This document shows, in pieces, positions 26,339 through 39,200 of a stretch of 64,000 nt of DNA (the first letter of the stretch is position 1; the number at the start of each line of letters is the position of its first letter). The position numbers and the translations under genes are program-made. The notes beneath the pieces are model-generated. The model was not told the DNA's origin and did not search any database. It saw only the letters and a list, made by a program, of their open reading frames with translations. Source of the DNA: Lobosporangium transversale (lineage: Eukaryota); contig NW_019029012.1 of the NCBI RefSeq assembly GCF_002105155.1, forward strand, positions 186,001 to 250,000, read 5' to 3'.

Positions 26339-27818
26339 TCTTTGCTAGTTCATTTCCTGTTATCTTTTGATGGTTGCTTTTTTGTTATCCTTTGGTGCTT
26401 CACTCTCTTGTTAGCCTTTGATGGTTCACTTCTTTTTTACGCTTCCATATTTTATCCTTCAATGCCTCACTTGGTTGCTACGCTTTCATTTCTTTCTTCC
26501 ATGCTTGGCTTTCCTGTTATGCTTTCATCTCTTTTTCGGTACTTCACTTTTGTTATCCTTTTCTATGTTATCCTGGGCGCATCTCTTTCGTGTTATGTTC
26601 TATTACGCTTTCCTTCATTGCTTCGCTTTCTTGTTATTTTTTCATTTGCTTTTCTCGACACTTCACCTTTTTACTATGCTATCCTTTGTTTTTCTTCCCT
26701 GCTTCACTTCCTTGTTATGCTTTCTTTCTTGCTGCTTCACTTCCTCATTTGTTTTCCTTGGCTCGTCACTTTTTAAATATACTTTCATGTACTTCTCTTC
26801 GACGCTTCACTTTCGAGTTATCCTTTCCTTTGTTTCCCTTCGATACTTCGCTTTCTTACGTTGTTTTCATTTGTTTTCTCCCTTTTCTTATTATAGCTTC
26901 CTTTTCTTATTATAACTTCCTTTGTTTCTCTTTGTGTGTGCGTGTATGTGTGTGTTTTGTTTTCCTTGTTATACTTTCGTTTGTTTCCCTTCTGTGCTTC
27001 TCTTTCTTATTATGCTTTCATTTGTGCTTCCATTTCTTTTTTGTTTTCTTTTTTTTTCTTTTCTTTTCTTCAGTGCTTCCCCTCCTTGCTATATCTTACA
27101 TTTGTTTCCCTTTTGCTTTTCTTTCTTATCATATTTTCATTTATAGGTGCCGACATTTCTTACATATATTTTTGTTTGTTCTTTTCCCTCGCTTTACTTC
27201 TTTGCTATGCTTCCGTTTGTTCTTTCTCGACTTTCCCTTCCCCTTTCTTTCTCTCTCTCTCTCTTTTTTTTTCTTATTTGCTTTCACTTACTCTTCCTAT
27301 GTGCTTCTCTTCCTTAGTTTATTTTCATTCGCTCTTTCTCGGTGTTCCTTTCTCTTTCTTATTTCTCTTTCTTTTGTTGGTTACTTGCCGCTTCTCTTCC
27401 TTACCTTACTTTCTCTTACCTTACTTTCTCTTACCTCTCGCTGCTTACCGCTCTTGGGGGTTATTTTGCCTTTGGTATAGTACGGAGACAAAAAGTATGT
27501 AGTTTAGTATAAAGTAGTGACGGCAAGAAAAGGCAACGCTCGTGTTTGAGCGAGAGTTGGTGATGACATAAAGAGGCACAGGGAGAGACAGAAGAAGTGT
27601 GTGCGTGTGTGCTTGTGTGTGAATGTATTTGACAAAGGACTGCGATCGAGACTTACTTTTCAAGAGGTGGGGGGGTGGAGAGGTGGAGAGATAAAGAGGT
27701 GGAGAAGTGAAGAGGTGAAGAGGTGAAGAGGTGAAGAGGTGAAGAGAAAGGAAGAGAAAAAAAAAGGAAAAAAAAAAGAAAGAGCGAGCTTAAAATGAGA
27801 GAAAAGCGTCATTCTCCC

Positions 27819-28800
27819 AATCTCACTCGTCGCCACCATTTCTCCTTATCTTTGTTGAAAGCGGACATAATTATCCGAATATAGGCGAAATGAAAGTGAT
27901 TGGACGCCATTTTGAAACAGCATGAAATTCAAAGAAAGGGTGGATGGAAAACTGTCGGCTTGGACAGCCCGGAAGCGATCCCGTTGCCTTTCATTGCGAC
28001 ATTTTTCGCATTTGTTGACGTAATAAGCGAAAGTGATACGACATTGAGAAGAACGAAGCAAAAAGCATCGAAGGTATTAAACTTAATGACTATGAGTAGA
28101 CACTACTCACACCACGACTTTTGACCCCAGACTTACACATCGTATGCTTTTTTTGCGATCGCATTTTCTTAAGGAACAAAAAAAAAATTGATAGAGAAAG
28201 ATGCATTAATTTTTCATGCATCTTTGGGTGTAGCCACACTTTTCATTACATCTCGCTCTTCTCTCTCTTTTATCGCTTCTAAAAGTATAATAGACAAGGA
28301 TCCAGGCTTGTCATAGACTCTAGTTCCTTCTAGTTTCTGATTGAAAGTAATACAGTGTGTTCAGGTCTGCTACAGTATCTGGTAGATGCTTTTCATGGAG
28401 CCCATCACCTTTCTGGCCCATGTCCCAAAGGTAAGCCTGCCTTATTTTTCGTTATGACCATCTTGTTGAGCGAGCAACAACAAGCAACACGTAAAAAGTA
28501 TGTAACGTGTGTGTCGAGGAAAATATTATATCCAAGCTCTGCAGGGCCTTCAGGGCCTTCAATACTTTTGATTCAACACCTTCATTACTATTGTATTTAA
28601 TTCTTCGCATTAAATTTATTTATCCCTCTTTCAATGCTTTCCCTACCTTCACGTACATTATTCCTTTTGCTTCATGTGACAATGTAATGACATCAACCGG
28701 AAGATGCTTTTGCTTTTAAAGCAACCGACTATTGCCATATTCGGATAATTATGTCCGCTTTCAACAAAGATAAGGAGAAATGGTGGCGACGAGTGAGATT
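27819..28800. repeat. Nested 64-bp perfect inverted repeat pair enclosing ~850 bp
   Basis: 27819-27882 (AATCTCACTCGTCGCC...CCGAATAT) is the exact reverse complement of 28737-28800; mirrored at 37492-37555 and 38410-38473. Confidence 0.9.
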
Positions 28801-29707
28801 ACCCAAGAAATCATGCATGGATATTCAGCGAATAAACAAGAATGCAAGAATAGCAAAATGGTGTCTGTTGGACAATGTAAACACTTTAAGGTTTGGTGGT
28901 AAATGTGGTGCAAACATTTTGATGATGACTGACATAAGGATTGGAGCTGTGTGTCACCAAGGAGTACCCACCATCCCGCCTAGTGCAGGTTGCCGGTTCA
29001 CACAGCAAGATAGTGCTTACTTTGAGTATTGCTCCATGGTGCTCCTCATTTATACTTGTGCAGGAGACAATAGAAAGGAAGTGCTTCTCAATATATATAT
29101 TGAAGCCTCTCTTCCAAAGCCAGTTGTTCATAACATAACAATAGGCACCAGAACCCCTCATTTTCGGAGCAGTATATTAATAAGTTCACCCTCCTATCAT
29201 CTAAGCAATGCCGCCTCTACTAAATTTTCAATTTTCGGAGACTGCATTTTAAAGCTTTTTTTTTTTTTTTTTTTTTTTGTGTGAATACTTTTTATTAAGA
29301 GATTGCTTGCTATCTAGCTATCTAGCTTACCTGGTTACTATCCTAAGCTACAAGAAGCCAGACTCTTAGCCACCTTGGAAAGCGCTTTTCTTTGTCACCA
29401 TCGAAAAGACTCTCCAAGATGTTGTCCGGAGCACACCACGTGGAGGTGGTCTGGCATATCGTGCTCCGTTGGTCAGGCCCCATGGCCTTGCAAACGCCCG
29501 CACACACACACATTTATTTACCCATCCCCATCTCCATTCCCATTCCCTTTCCCATTCTGGACCGAAGGGGCTCCGCCATCGCAAGGCTCGTTAAAGAACC
29601 AGCTCAGGCTCATGCCCGTTCGGACCTACCTTAGATATGCATTGGTTATTGCATCTTGGATGTGCATTGTTGCTATGTTAAAAAGTGCTTTGTATTGTGT
29701 TAGTAAG

Positions 29708-29738
<31 letters not shown>

Positions 29739-30004
29739 GGCTTTCTTATGTTTTTAATTGGCTTTTTTTTTTTCTTTTTTCTTTTTTTCTTTTTTTTCTT
29801 TTTTTCTTTTTTTCTTTTTTTCTTTTTTTTCTTTTTTCTTTTTTCTGATATGAGATCTTTTTTTTGCTTTTCTTTTTTTAGGCTTTTATTTAGTCTTTTT
29901 TTTTTGGGTTTTTTTTTTTCTTTGGTTAATTTTTTTTTAATTGTTTTTTTTCTTTGGGTTATTTTTTTTTTTCTTTGGTTTTTTTTGGTTTTTTTTTTTA
30001 TTTG

Positions 30005-30050
<46 letters not shown>

Positions 30051-31880
30051 GTTTCTTTTTTTCTTTGGTTTTTTTTTTTTTGAGGTATTTGATTCCGGAG
30101 GCGCTTGTTTTTGCCTGGATGGACTGTTCGACCTTTCTTTGGTTTAGTCCTTTTGCTGGTGGCGCTGAGCTTTCGTTACCAGTGCCTTCCAGACCACACG
30201 ATGAGAAGTGGCCTGGTCGCTATGATTTGGTGTTGTTCGTGAAGCCTTGGCCATCATACCCGAGATGGGATGGGCTGGCTATTTGGCCGCGGAGAAGGCC
30301 GTCGTTCGACTGCGGTAGACTATGAGGCCGTTTAGAGCGTGGCTGTTTAGAGCGTGGCCATCTGGAGCGTGGCCAGTTGAATACGGCTTTTCGTTGGAGT
30401 GCAGCCGTTCGAGTATGGGCGCCTGAGTGTGGCAGTCTGGCTGTGCGTTATGAAGCCCCAGTTGCTTTAGGCAGCTTCATGTCGTTGCAGTCTAATCGTG
30501 GAATGAAAAGAGAGACACAGGCAGAAAAAGAATAATCAGAACAAGGACAGTGAAGCACAGAGTGACAGTGTTGAGAACTTCAGTAAGAGTGATTGTTTAG
30601 GGAGTGTTGCTTACCTTTTGTCTTGGTTGAGGAGGCCGATGGTCGAGGAGACCGAGGAGAAAGAGAAGAGAAAAGAAGAGAAAAGAAGAAAAAAGAAGAG
30701 TCAAAATGGGTCCTTTTTATATTGGTTTCTTATTATTATTATTAACGTTCGCGCAAGAGGAGAAGGGCCGAGGAGTGATTGGTTTTCAAAAGCGCGCTGT
30801 ACTAAGTACCTTGCTTGCTGTACGCTCAAGAGCGACCAATAAAATATCAACAAAAAAAATTAAAAAATAAAAATTAATATACGTGTCTTTGATGTCATCT
30901 GTCATATTTCATATGATAAAGAAGAGACTCTCACGATTGAAAGTGGGAATAATGCTCTGTCCTCAAGACTCATAAGGAAAACCTGTCTATAAACAACCAG
31001 AGCATGAACTGTATTGCACTCGAGCTTGCTTACTCTTATTGATGAAGGAGATCATCTTCTTTATCCTCTTCTTCTATTTCCTTTCTTCACTCCTAACAAG
31101 AGATGGGATAGACTGTCGTTGGGCCTATACTTTGGCAGCTTGCCGTTTTTCCAGAGTGTGGTGGAAAATAACACATGGCATTCGTCAGAATACCTCTCCG
31201 CCTTTTTTTTTTTTTTTATTTTTTATTTTATTTTTTATTTTCATGCAATACAATGTAGAATACATTAAGATTTGAAGGTGAAACAAAGTATCAACATTTA
31301 TATATCGACCAGTAAAAGGCACACGATCGTATCGAGGAAATGACGTGTCGTATCTCTTTGGCTCTTTGAAAAGGAAAATAAGGAAAAGAAAAAAAGGAAA
31401 AATGTCTGTTTGAACAAAAACTGCCGCAGCACAGTTCCCACGACAATGCATCCTATTCTTTGTTAAGGATGAAGAGAAAGAATGGGAGAAGAGAGTCAAA
31501 TAGCAAACTGACCCTCTTACTCAGCATAACACTCAGCTGTCAAAGAAACGACGATATAAAAAGAAACAAAGACAAAGAGAAATAGAAGACAAGCAGTATT
31601 GCACGGCAAGTACGATCATAGATTTAACTATAGCAGCAATAGCGACTACCTCATCGTCAATTATTATGGTATCACACTCCGTTGCTACCTCAGGACCTGC
31701 CTCTCGTCATGCTACTGTCAAAAAGACCCAACCGAACCTAATCAGCAACAGTATTGGTGGCAATAACAGTGACGCCAAGGATGATGCCACTAAAGCCTTG
31801 ACAGTCTTTACTTCTGGATCAAGTGCCTTCCGTGCTAGAAATATTATGGAAAGCTATACCCAATGGTCCCAACGTCGTTA

Positions 31881-32140
31881 AATGCCAACACAGCTAATGG
31901 CGCGTCGTCGTCCTCGTCGTGGACGGGGTCATTCAAGTATAGCAACCGCAGCCCCAATACACTGTTGTCAAATGCCCATACAGCTAATGATTGGTCATCG
32001 TCCTCGTTGTGGATGCGATCAATCAATTATAACAATCGCAATTCCAACACACCACTATCAAATACCAATACAGCTGATGATGCGGCGTCGTCCTCGTCGT
32101 GGATGCAGTCAGTCAATTATAACAGCCGCAATTCTAACCG
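31881..32140 (+). repeat. 90-bp tandem repeat, ~2.9 diverged copies, in frame in ORF 31863-32267
   Basis: Units start at 31881, 31971 and 32061; 30-aa repeat NANTANGASSSSSWTGSFKYSNRSPNTLLS / NAHTANDWSSSSLWMRSINYNNRNSNTPLS / NTNTADDAASSSSWMQSVNYNSRNSN. Confidence 0.85.
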
Positions 32141-32928
32141 AATTCACAGAAAGTTTATACGTGGTCCAGTAACTAGATTGGAAACAATATGGGAAACAAT
32201 ATGGGAATCTGAACCATACTCTGTGCCCCAGGCAAAAGATAATGAGGCAACTGCAAAATCGGATTGAAATGGCATAACTTCTGCTCATATACATTCTTCT
32301 CACGATACAACATCAAACAGCCTTTTTACCAACAGTGATATCATCGACATCAGTTAAACCCATTGCTTCACAACCTGACCGCGTTATCTAGACTGATGCA
32401 GTAAAGGACTCCACAGCTTTGGTCAGCGCAAAGCCCAGACTTCGTGAGCAGGAAACATCCAAAAGAGAAAGTAAGCGTATGAAACATTATGCAACTAAGG
32501 ATTCTAGCTCTAAACTTAAAACAGAGACAAAAACAGTAACAGCAATAGCGGCAGTGGCAATCCTGCAAACACCATTGACATCTTCACTTTTTATGTCCGG
32601 ATTCAAAATAACAAGAGAGTTCAAAGAGTAACAATGTGACAGTATTTAGTCTTAAGCCTGAAAAGGCTTGTTATAATATATATAGTCTTAAGCCTGAAAG
32701 GTTGGTTTTAATAGTTATAATAAAACTATCTTTGTCTCTCTAAGCTATTACAAACAACAACAGCAGGGGAATCAATAGTAGGAGTGCTAGCTGCCAGAGC
32801 AATGAAATATACCAACCTTTCTCTTCGATGCTGTCCGAGGCAGGCTGATGGAGCTTCGGTTCGTATTCTAAATCTCCCATACTGTAACCTGAGTTTACTA
32901 CGGGGACGATGATAAATATATGTATACG

Positions 32929-32963
<35 letters not shown>

Positions 32964-33093
32964 CAGCTTCAATCACTTTGATCAGTTTCAGTCAAAGTCT
33001 CCATTCCATCAGATAGACTTTTCCCCTCCTTTTACTCATTCAAGCATAAGTTTCCACATACAGCACTTTCTGTCTTTCCACTCACCTCTTTTT

Positions 33094-33250
33094 CTATTGA
33101 ATGGTCTACGAAGGATGGCCTATTCACATTGTCATAGGTGCCATGGACGTATGTCCCACCCGCATCACCCTATTAGCTCGAAAGGTAGGTGCAAGTCGGA
33201 TTAGCAGGGTCTTATTTAATATTTATACGGATATGGTACCGTAGACAATG
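33094..33250 (+). repeat. Dispersed repeat or gene-fragment copy A (homologous to 57008-57218)
   Basis: ATGGTCTACGAAGGATGGCCTATTCACATTGTCATAGGTGCCATGGACGTATGTCCCAC aligns with 57015 onward; encodes MVYEGWPIHIVIGAMDVCPTRITLLARK before a GT. Confidence 0.85.
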
Positions 33251-33704
33251 CTCGTTCGCAAAGCACTTTGTTCACGCAGTGCCTCTTATCCCTTTACTCA
33301 TCTGTTTACTAACTTGCCTAACGCCCCACATATACAGAGTAGTCAAAGGAATCGCCATAACGCTGAATATGATGGATTATTTCGAAAAAGAATCAGAGCT
33401 GTTATGCCTTCCTGGGGTCTTTGGCAATGCCAACGGGCTGAACATGTCCACGACCACTCAAATCATGACCTCTGACGGCGATAACGAGACTGAAATATAT
33501 TTTGTAGATAGATCGTGAGCAGTAGAAAAAGTAAGTAAGAATTAGATGTGGGCCCACACCCATGGAGGTATTTATTCATTCCCTGGTAGAGGAGCCTGTA
33601 GCGGGTAACTACATATCTATCTATAAGATGGCATTGATTTGTTCTAGAACCTCATATCGAAAATTTATCTCGTCAAGGTGTGTGGCGCGTTATTGCCACA
33701 TAAG

Positions 33705-34300
33705 TCACATAGACTTACCAAACACTTGCAGACAAGGGATCTCCATCACAACCCGTTCATTACGTAGGTTCTCGTCAATCGTATCCTTGGCAAACCTCAT
33801 TAGGCTCCATTGGTCTTCGAGAAATAAATGTAGGCTTCGCTTGTCCTTAGACGACTTGGTCTCAGCATAAGCCGCCTCAAAAATGTACTTTCGAATCGTC
33901 ACATCTGGTTTCAGCGGATCCCCTTGCCGTACACCGTACTCCAGCGAGGATCGGTTAGCCCAATCAAGCGCAAAAGCCTAGTCATTCGCTGAGAAGAAAT
34001 AAGTCATCATTGGATCCAAATCTCCGCGCGCAATTGAGTCTTCAAGCTTGTTTGAGAAGGGATAGCTCTTTTCTGCCAACTCCTTAGAGCTATGTTCAAT
34101 CCACAAAGATTGAGGAAAATAAAATGTTTGCACTTGATAGTTTCCCATCATAACCAAGTACCTGTTGTTTGCTGTGAGTGATATGGGTGAGCGTAAGTAC
34201 AGTGGTAGGAAGAGGATAAAGACATTTTCCTTCTCATTATCTTTGAAATCGCAGCCTTGGACTCGGATGCGTCCTGTGTGGGTCATCTCTCGGCTGAGCT
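33705..34300 (-). pseudogene. Degenerate non-LTR (LINE) retrotransposon ORF2 remnant
   Basis: Minus strand near 33910-33955 reads SSLEYGVRQGDPL (LINE RT QG motif). Upstream VQTFYFPQSL...DSIARGDL resembles the APE endonuclease YxPP and GDxN motifs. Stops and internal deletions present. Confidence 0.6.
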
Positions 34301-34326
34301 GTGTACAGAGAGTCACTGAGTTAAGC

Positions 34327-34420
34327 AAAATAAAATAAAATAAAATAAAATAAAATAAAATAAAATAAAATAAAATAAAATAAAATAAAATAAAACAAAA
34401 TAAATAAAATAAAATAAAAT
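34327..34420 (+). repeat. (TAAAA)n microsatellite
   Basis: Direct reading: aaaataaaataaaataaaa... Confidence 0.95.
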
Positions 34421-34781
34421 ACAATAAAAAAGAAAGCGGCCGTAGCGGGAATTGAAAATGGGTAATCTGCGCGCTTGTGATATCATCCGTCAATTTTCAT
34501 ATGCTCGCAAGGTGGAGAAAGAGAAAACTCTTACGGGTGGAGGGATAACCATCCTCAAAGATATGCAGGGTCATATATACATACAACAACAAGAGCACGA
34601 GCCACAATGCTCTCTTTGTATGGTGTGCAGCAAAGAGAGAAAGGGTGTGACGCGACTAAAGTAAAAGGACAGGATTCAGAGCACAAGCTTATCAACACTC
34701 GCATACTCCCATTTTTCGCCAGCATTAAGCTCGAGTACCTTTTTTTCTTTAGCAATGGGGTTCATCAGGCACTGTCAGTAG

Positions 34782-36241
34782 AGTTTGCTATTTGACTCTC
34801 TTCTCCCATTCTTTCTCTTCATCCTTAACAAAGAATAGGATGCATTGTCGTGGGAACTGTGCTGCGGCAGTTTTTGTTCAAACAGACATTTTTCCTTTTT
34901 TTCTTTTCCTTATTTTCCTTTTCAAAGAGCCAAAGAGATACGACACGTCATTTCCTCGATACGATCGTGTGCCTTTTACTGGTCGATATATAAATGTTGA
35001 TACTTTGTTTCACCTTCAAATCTTAATGTATTCTACATTGTATTGCATGAAAATAAAAAATAAAATAAAAAATAAAAAAAAAAAAAAAGGCGGAGAGGTA
35101 TTCTGACGAATGCCATGTGTTATTTTCCACCACACTCTGGAAAAACGGCAAGCTGCCAAAGTATAGGCCCAACGACAGTCTATCCCATCTCTTGTTAGGA
35201 GTGAAGAAAGGAAATAGAAGAAGAGGATAAAGAAGATGATCTCCTTCATCAATAAGAGTAAGCAAGCTCGAGTGCAATACAGTTCATGCTCTGGTTGTTT
35301 ATAGACAGGTTTTCCTTATGAGTCTTGAGGACAGAGCATTATTCCCACTTTCAATCGTGAGAGTCTCTTCTTTATCATATGAAATATGACAGATGACATC
35401 AAAGACACGTATATTAATTTTTATTTTTTAATTTTTTTTGTTGATATTTTATTGGTCGCTCTTGAGCGTACAGCAAGCAAGGTACTTAGTACAGCGCGCT
35501 TTTGAAAACCAATCACTCCTCGGCCCTTCTCCTCTTGCGCGAACGTTAATAATAATAATAAGAAACCAATATAAAAAGGACCCATTTTGACTCTTCTTTT
35601 TTCTTCTTTTCTCTTCTTTTCTCTTCTCTTTCTCCTCGGTCTCCTCGACCATCGGCCTCCTCAACCAAGACAAAAGGTAAGCAACACTCCCTAAACAATC
35701 ACTCTTACTGAAGTTCTCAACACTGTCACTCTGTGCTTCACTGTCCTTGTTCTGATTATTCTTTTTCTGCCTGTGTCTCTCTTTTCATTCCACGATTAGA
35801 CTGCAACGACATGAAGCTGCCTAAAGCAACTGGGGCTTCATAACGCACAGCCAGACTGCCACACTCAGGCGCCCATACTCGAACGGCTGCACTCCAACGA
35901 AAAGCCGTATTCAACTGGCCACGCTCCAGATGGCCACGCTCTAAACAGCCACGCTCTAAACGGCCTCATAGTCTACCGCAGTCGAACGACGGCCTTCTCC
36001 GCGGCCAAATAGCCAGCCCATCCCATCTCGGGTATGATGGCCAAGGCTTCACGAACAACACCAAATCATAGCGACCAGGCCACTTCTCATCGTGTGGTCT
36101 GGAAGGCACTGGTAACGAAAGCTCAGCGCCACCAGCAAAAGGACTAAACCAAAGAAAGGTCGAACAGTCCATCCAGGCAAAAACAAGCGCCTCCGGAATC
36201 AAATACCTCAAAAAAAAAAAAACCAAAGAAAAAAAGAAACC

Positions 36242-36272
<31 letters not shown>

Positions 36273-39200
36273 AAAGAAAAAAAAATAAACCCAAATAAAC
36301 CAAAAAAAACCAAAAAAAACCAAAGAAAAAAAAAATAACCCAAAGAAAAAAAACAATTAAAAAAAAATTAACCAAAGAAAAAAAAAACCCAAAAAAAAAA
36401 GACTAAATAAAAGCCTAAAAAAAGAAAAGCAAAAAAAAGATCTCATATCAGAAAAAAGAAAAAAGAAAAAAAGAAAAAAAGAAAAAAAGAAAAAAAGAAA
36501 AAAAGAAAAAAAGAAAAAAGAAAAAAAAAAAGCCAATTAAAAACATAAGAAAGCCAAAAAAAAAAAAAAAAAAAAAAAAAAAACCCTTACTAACACAATA
36601 CAAAGCACTTTTTAACATAGCAACAATGCACATCCAAGATGCAATAACCAATGCATATCTAAGGTAGGTCCGAACGGGCATGAGCCTGAGCTGGTTCTTT
36701 AACGAGCCTTGCGATGGCGGAGCCCCTTCGGTCCAGAATGGGAAAGGGAATGGGAATGGAGATGGGGATGGGTAAATAAATGTGTGTGTGTGCGGGCGTT
36801 TGCAAGGCCATGGGGCCTGACCAACGGAGCACGATATGCCAGACCACCTCCACGTGGTGTGCTCCGGACAACATCTTGGAGAGTCTTTTCGATGGTGACA
36901 AAGAAAAGCGCTTTCCAAGGTGGCTAAGAGTCTGGCTTCTTGTAGCTTAGGATAGTAACCAGGTAAGCTAGATAGCTAGATAGCAAGCAATCTCTTAATA
37001 AAAAGTATTCACACAAAAAAAAAAAAAAAAAAAAAAGCTTTAAAATGCAGTCTCCGAAAATTGAAAATTTAGTAGAGGCGGCATTGCTTAGATGATAGGA
37101 GGGTGAACTTATTAATATACTGCTCCGAAAATGAGGGGTTCTGGTGCCTATTGTTATGTTATGAACAACTGGCTTTGGAAGAGAGGCTTCAATATATATA
37201 TTGAGAAGCACTTCCTTTCTATTGTCTCCTGCACAAGTATAAATGAGGAGCACCATGGAGCAATACTCAAAGTAAGCACTATCTTGCTGTGTGAACCGGC
37301 AACCTGCACTAGGCGGGATGGTGGGTACTCCTTGGTGACACACAGCTCCAATCCTTATGTCAGTCATCATCAAAATGTTTGCACCACATTTACCACCAAA
37401 CCTTAAAGTGTTTACATTGTCCAACAGACACCATTTTGCTATTCTTGCATTCTTGTTTATTCGCTGAATATCCATGCATGATTTCTTGGGTAATCTCACT
37501 CGTCGCCACCATTTCTCCTTATCTTTGTTGAAAGCGGACATAATTATCCGAATATGGCAATAGTCGGTTGCTTTAAAAGCAAAAGCATCTTCCGGTTGAT
37601 GTCATTACATTGTCACATGAAGCAAAAGGAATAATGTACGTGAAGGTAGGGAAAGCATTGAAAGAGGGATAAATAAATTTAATGCGAAGAATTAAATACA
37701 ATAGTAATGAAGGTGTTGAATCAAAAGTATTGAAGGCCCTGAAGGCCCTGCAGAGCTTGGATATAATATTTTCCTCGACACACACGTTACATACTTTTTA
37801 CGTGTTGCTTGTTGTTGCTCGCTCAACAAGATGGTCATAACGAAAAATAAGGCAGGCTTACCTTTGGGACATGGGCCAGAAAGGTGATGGGCTCCATGAA
37901 AAGCATCTACCAGATACTGTAGCAGACCTGAACACACTGTATTACTTTCAATCAGAAACTAGAAGGAACTAGAGTCTATGACAAGCCTGGATCCTTGTCT
38001 ATTATACTTTTAGAAGCGATAAAAGAGAGAGAAGAGCGAGATGTAATGAAAAGTGTGGCTACACCCAAAGATGCATGAAAAATTAATGCATCTTTCTCTA
38101 TCAATTTTTTTTTTGTTCCTTAAGAAAATGCGATCGCAAAAAAAGCATACGATGTGTAAGTCTGGGGTCAAAAGTCGTGGTGTGAGTAGTGTCTACTCAT
38201 AGTCATTAAGTTTAATACCTTCGATGCTTTTTGCTTCGTTCTTCTCAATGTCGTATCACTTTCGCTTATTACGTCAACAAATGCGAAAAATGTCGCAATG
38301 AAAGGCAACGGGATCGCTTCCGGGCTGTCCAAGCCGACAGTTTTCCATCCACCCTTTCTTTGAATTTCATGCTGTTTCAAAATGGCGTCCAATCACTTTC
38401 ATTTCGCCTATATTCGGATAATTATGTCCGCTTTCAACAAAGATAAGGAGAAATGGTGGCGACGAGTGAGATTGGGAGAATGACGCTTTTCTCTCATTTT
38501 AAGCTCGCTCTTTCTTTTTTTTTTCCTTTTTTTTTCTCTTCCTTTCTCTTCACCTCTTCACCTCTTCACCTCTTCACCTCTTCACTTCTCCACCTCTTTA
38601 TCTCTCCACCTCTCCACCCCCCCACCTCTTGAAAAGTAAGTCTCGATCGCAGTCCTTTGTCAAATACATTCACACACAAGCACACACGCACACACTTCTT
38701 CTGTCTCTCCCTGTGCCTCTTTATGTCATCACCAACTCTCGCTCAAACACGAGCGTTGCCTTTTCTTGCCGTCACTACTTTATACTAAACTACATACTTT
38801 TTGTCTCCGTACTATACCAAAGGCAAAATAACCCCCAAGAGCGGTAAGCAGCGAGAGGTAAGAGAAAGTAAGGTAAGAGAAAGTAAGGTAAGGAAGAGAA
38901 GCGGCAAGTAACCAACAAAAGAAAGAGAAATAAGAAAGAGAAAGGAACACCGAGAAAGAGCGAATGAAAATAAACTAAGGAAGAGAAGCACATAGGAAGA
39001 GTAAGTGAAAGCAAATAAGAAAAAAAAAGAGAGAGAGAGAGAAAGAAAGGGGAAGGGAAAGTCGAGAAAGAACAAACGGAAGCATAGCAAAGAAGTAAAG
39101 CGAGGGAAAAGAACAAACAAAAATATATGTAAGAAATGTCGGCACCTATAAATGAAAATATGATAAGAAAGAAAAGCAAAAGGGAAACAAATGTAAGATA

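Larger units (their letters stand above)
23807..31509. repeat. Left arm of ~7.7-kb near-perfect inverted duplication
   Basis: Reverse complement of 34782-42463. Mirror-image ORFs recur throughout (e.g. 23967-24440/41830-42303, 27900-28124/38168-38392, 31185-31499/34792-35106). Junctions read directly. Confidence 0.97.

Noticed and set aside
25488..27502. Long F/L/S/C-rich ORFs, mirrored at 38790-40782
   Set aside because: By-products of the pyrimidine-rich 22-bp repeat tract; open in several frames with no protein-like complexity.
28751..29284. 177-aa ORF, mirrored as 205 aa at 36924-37541
   Set aside because: No recognisable domain; the two copies differ by a homopolymer frameshift, so it is not supported as a gene.
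29685..30147. Poly-Phe ORFs, mirrored at 36144-36600
   Set aside because: T/A homopolymer low complexity.
32780..32880. tRNA/SINE-like motif (GGTTCGTATTC)
   Set aside because: Only a partial B-box resemblance; no cloverleaf could be folded.
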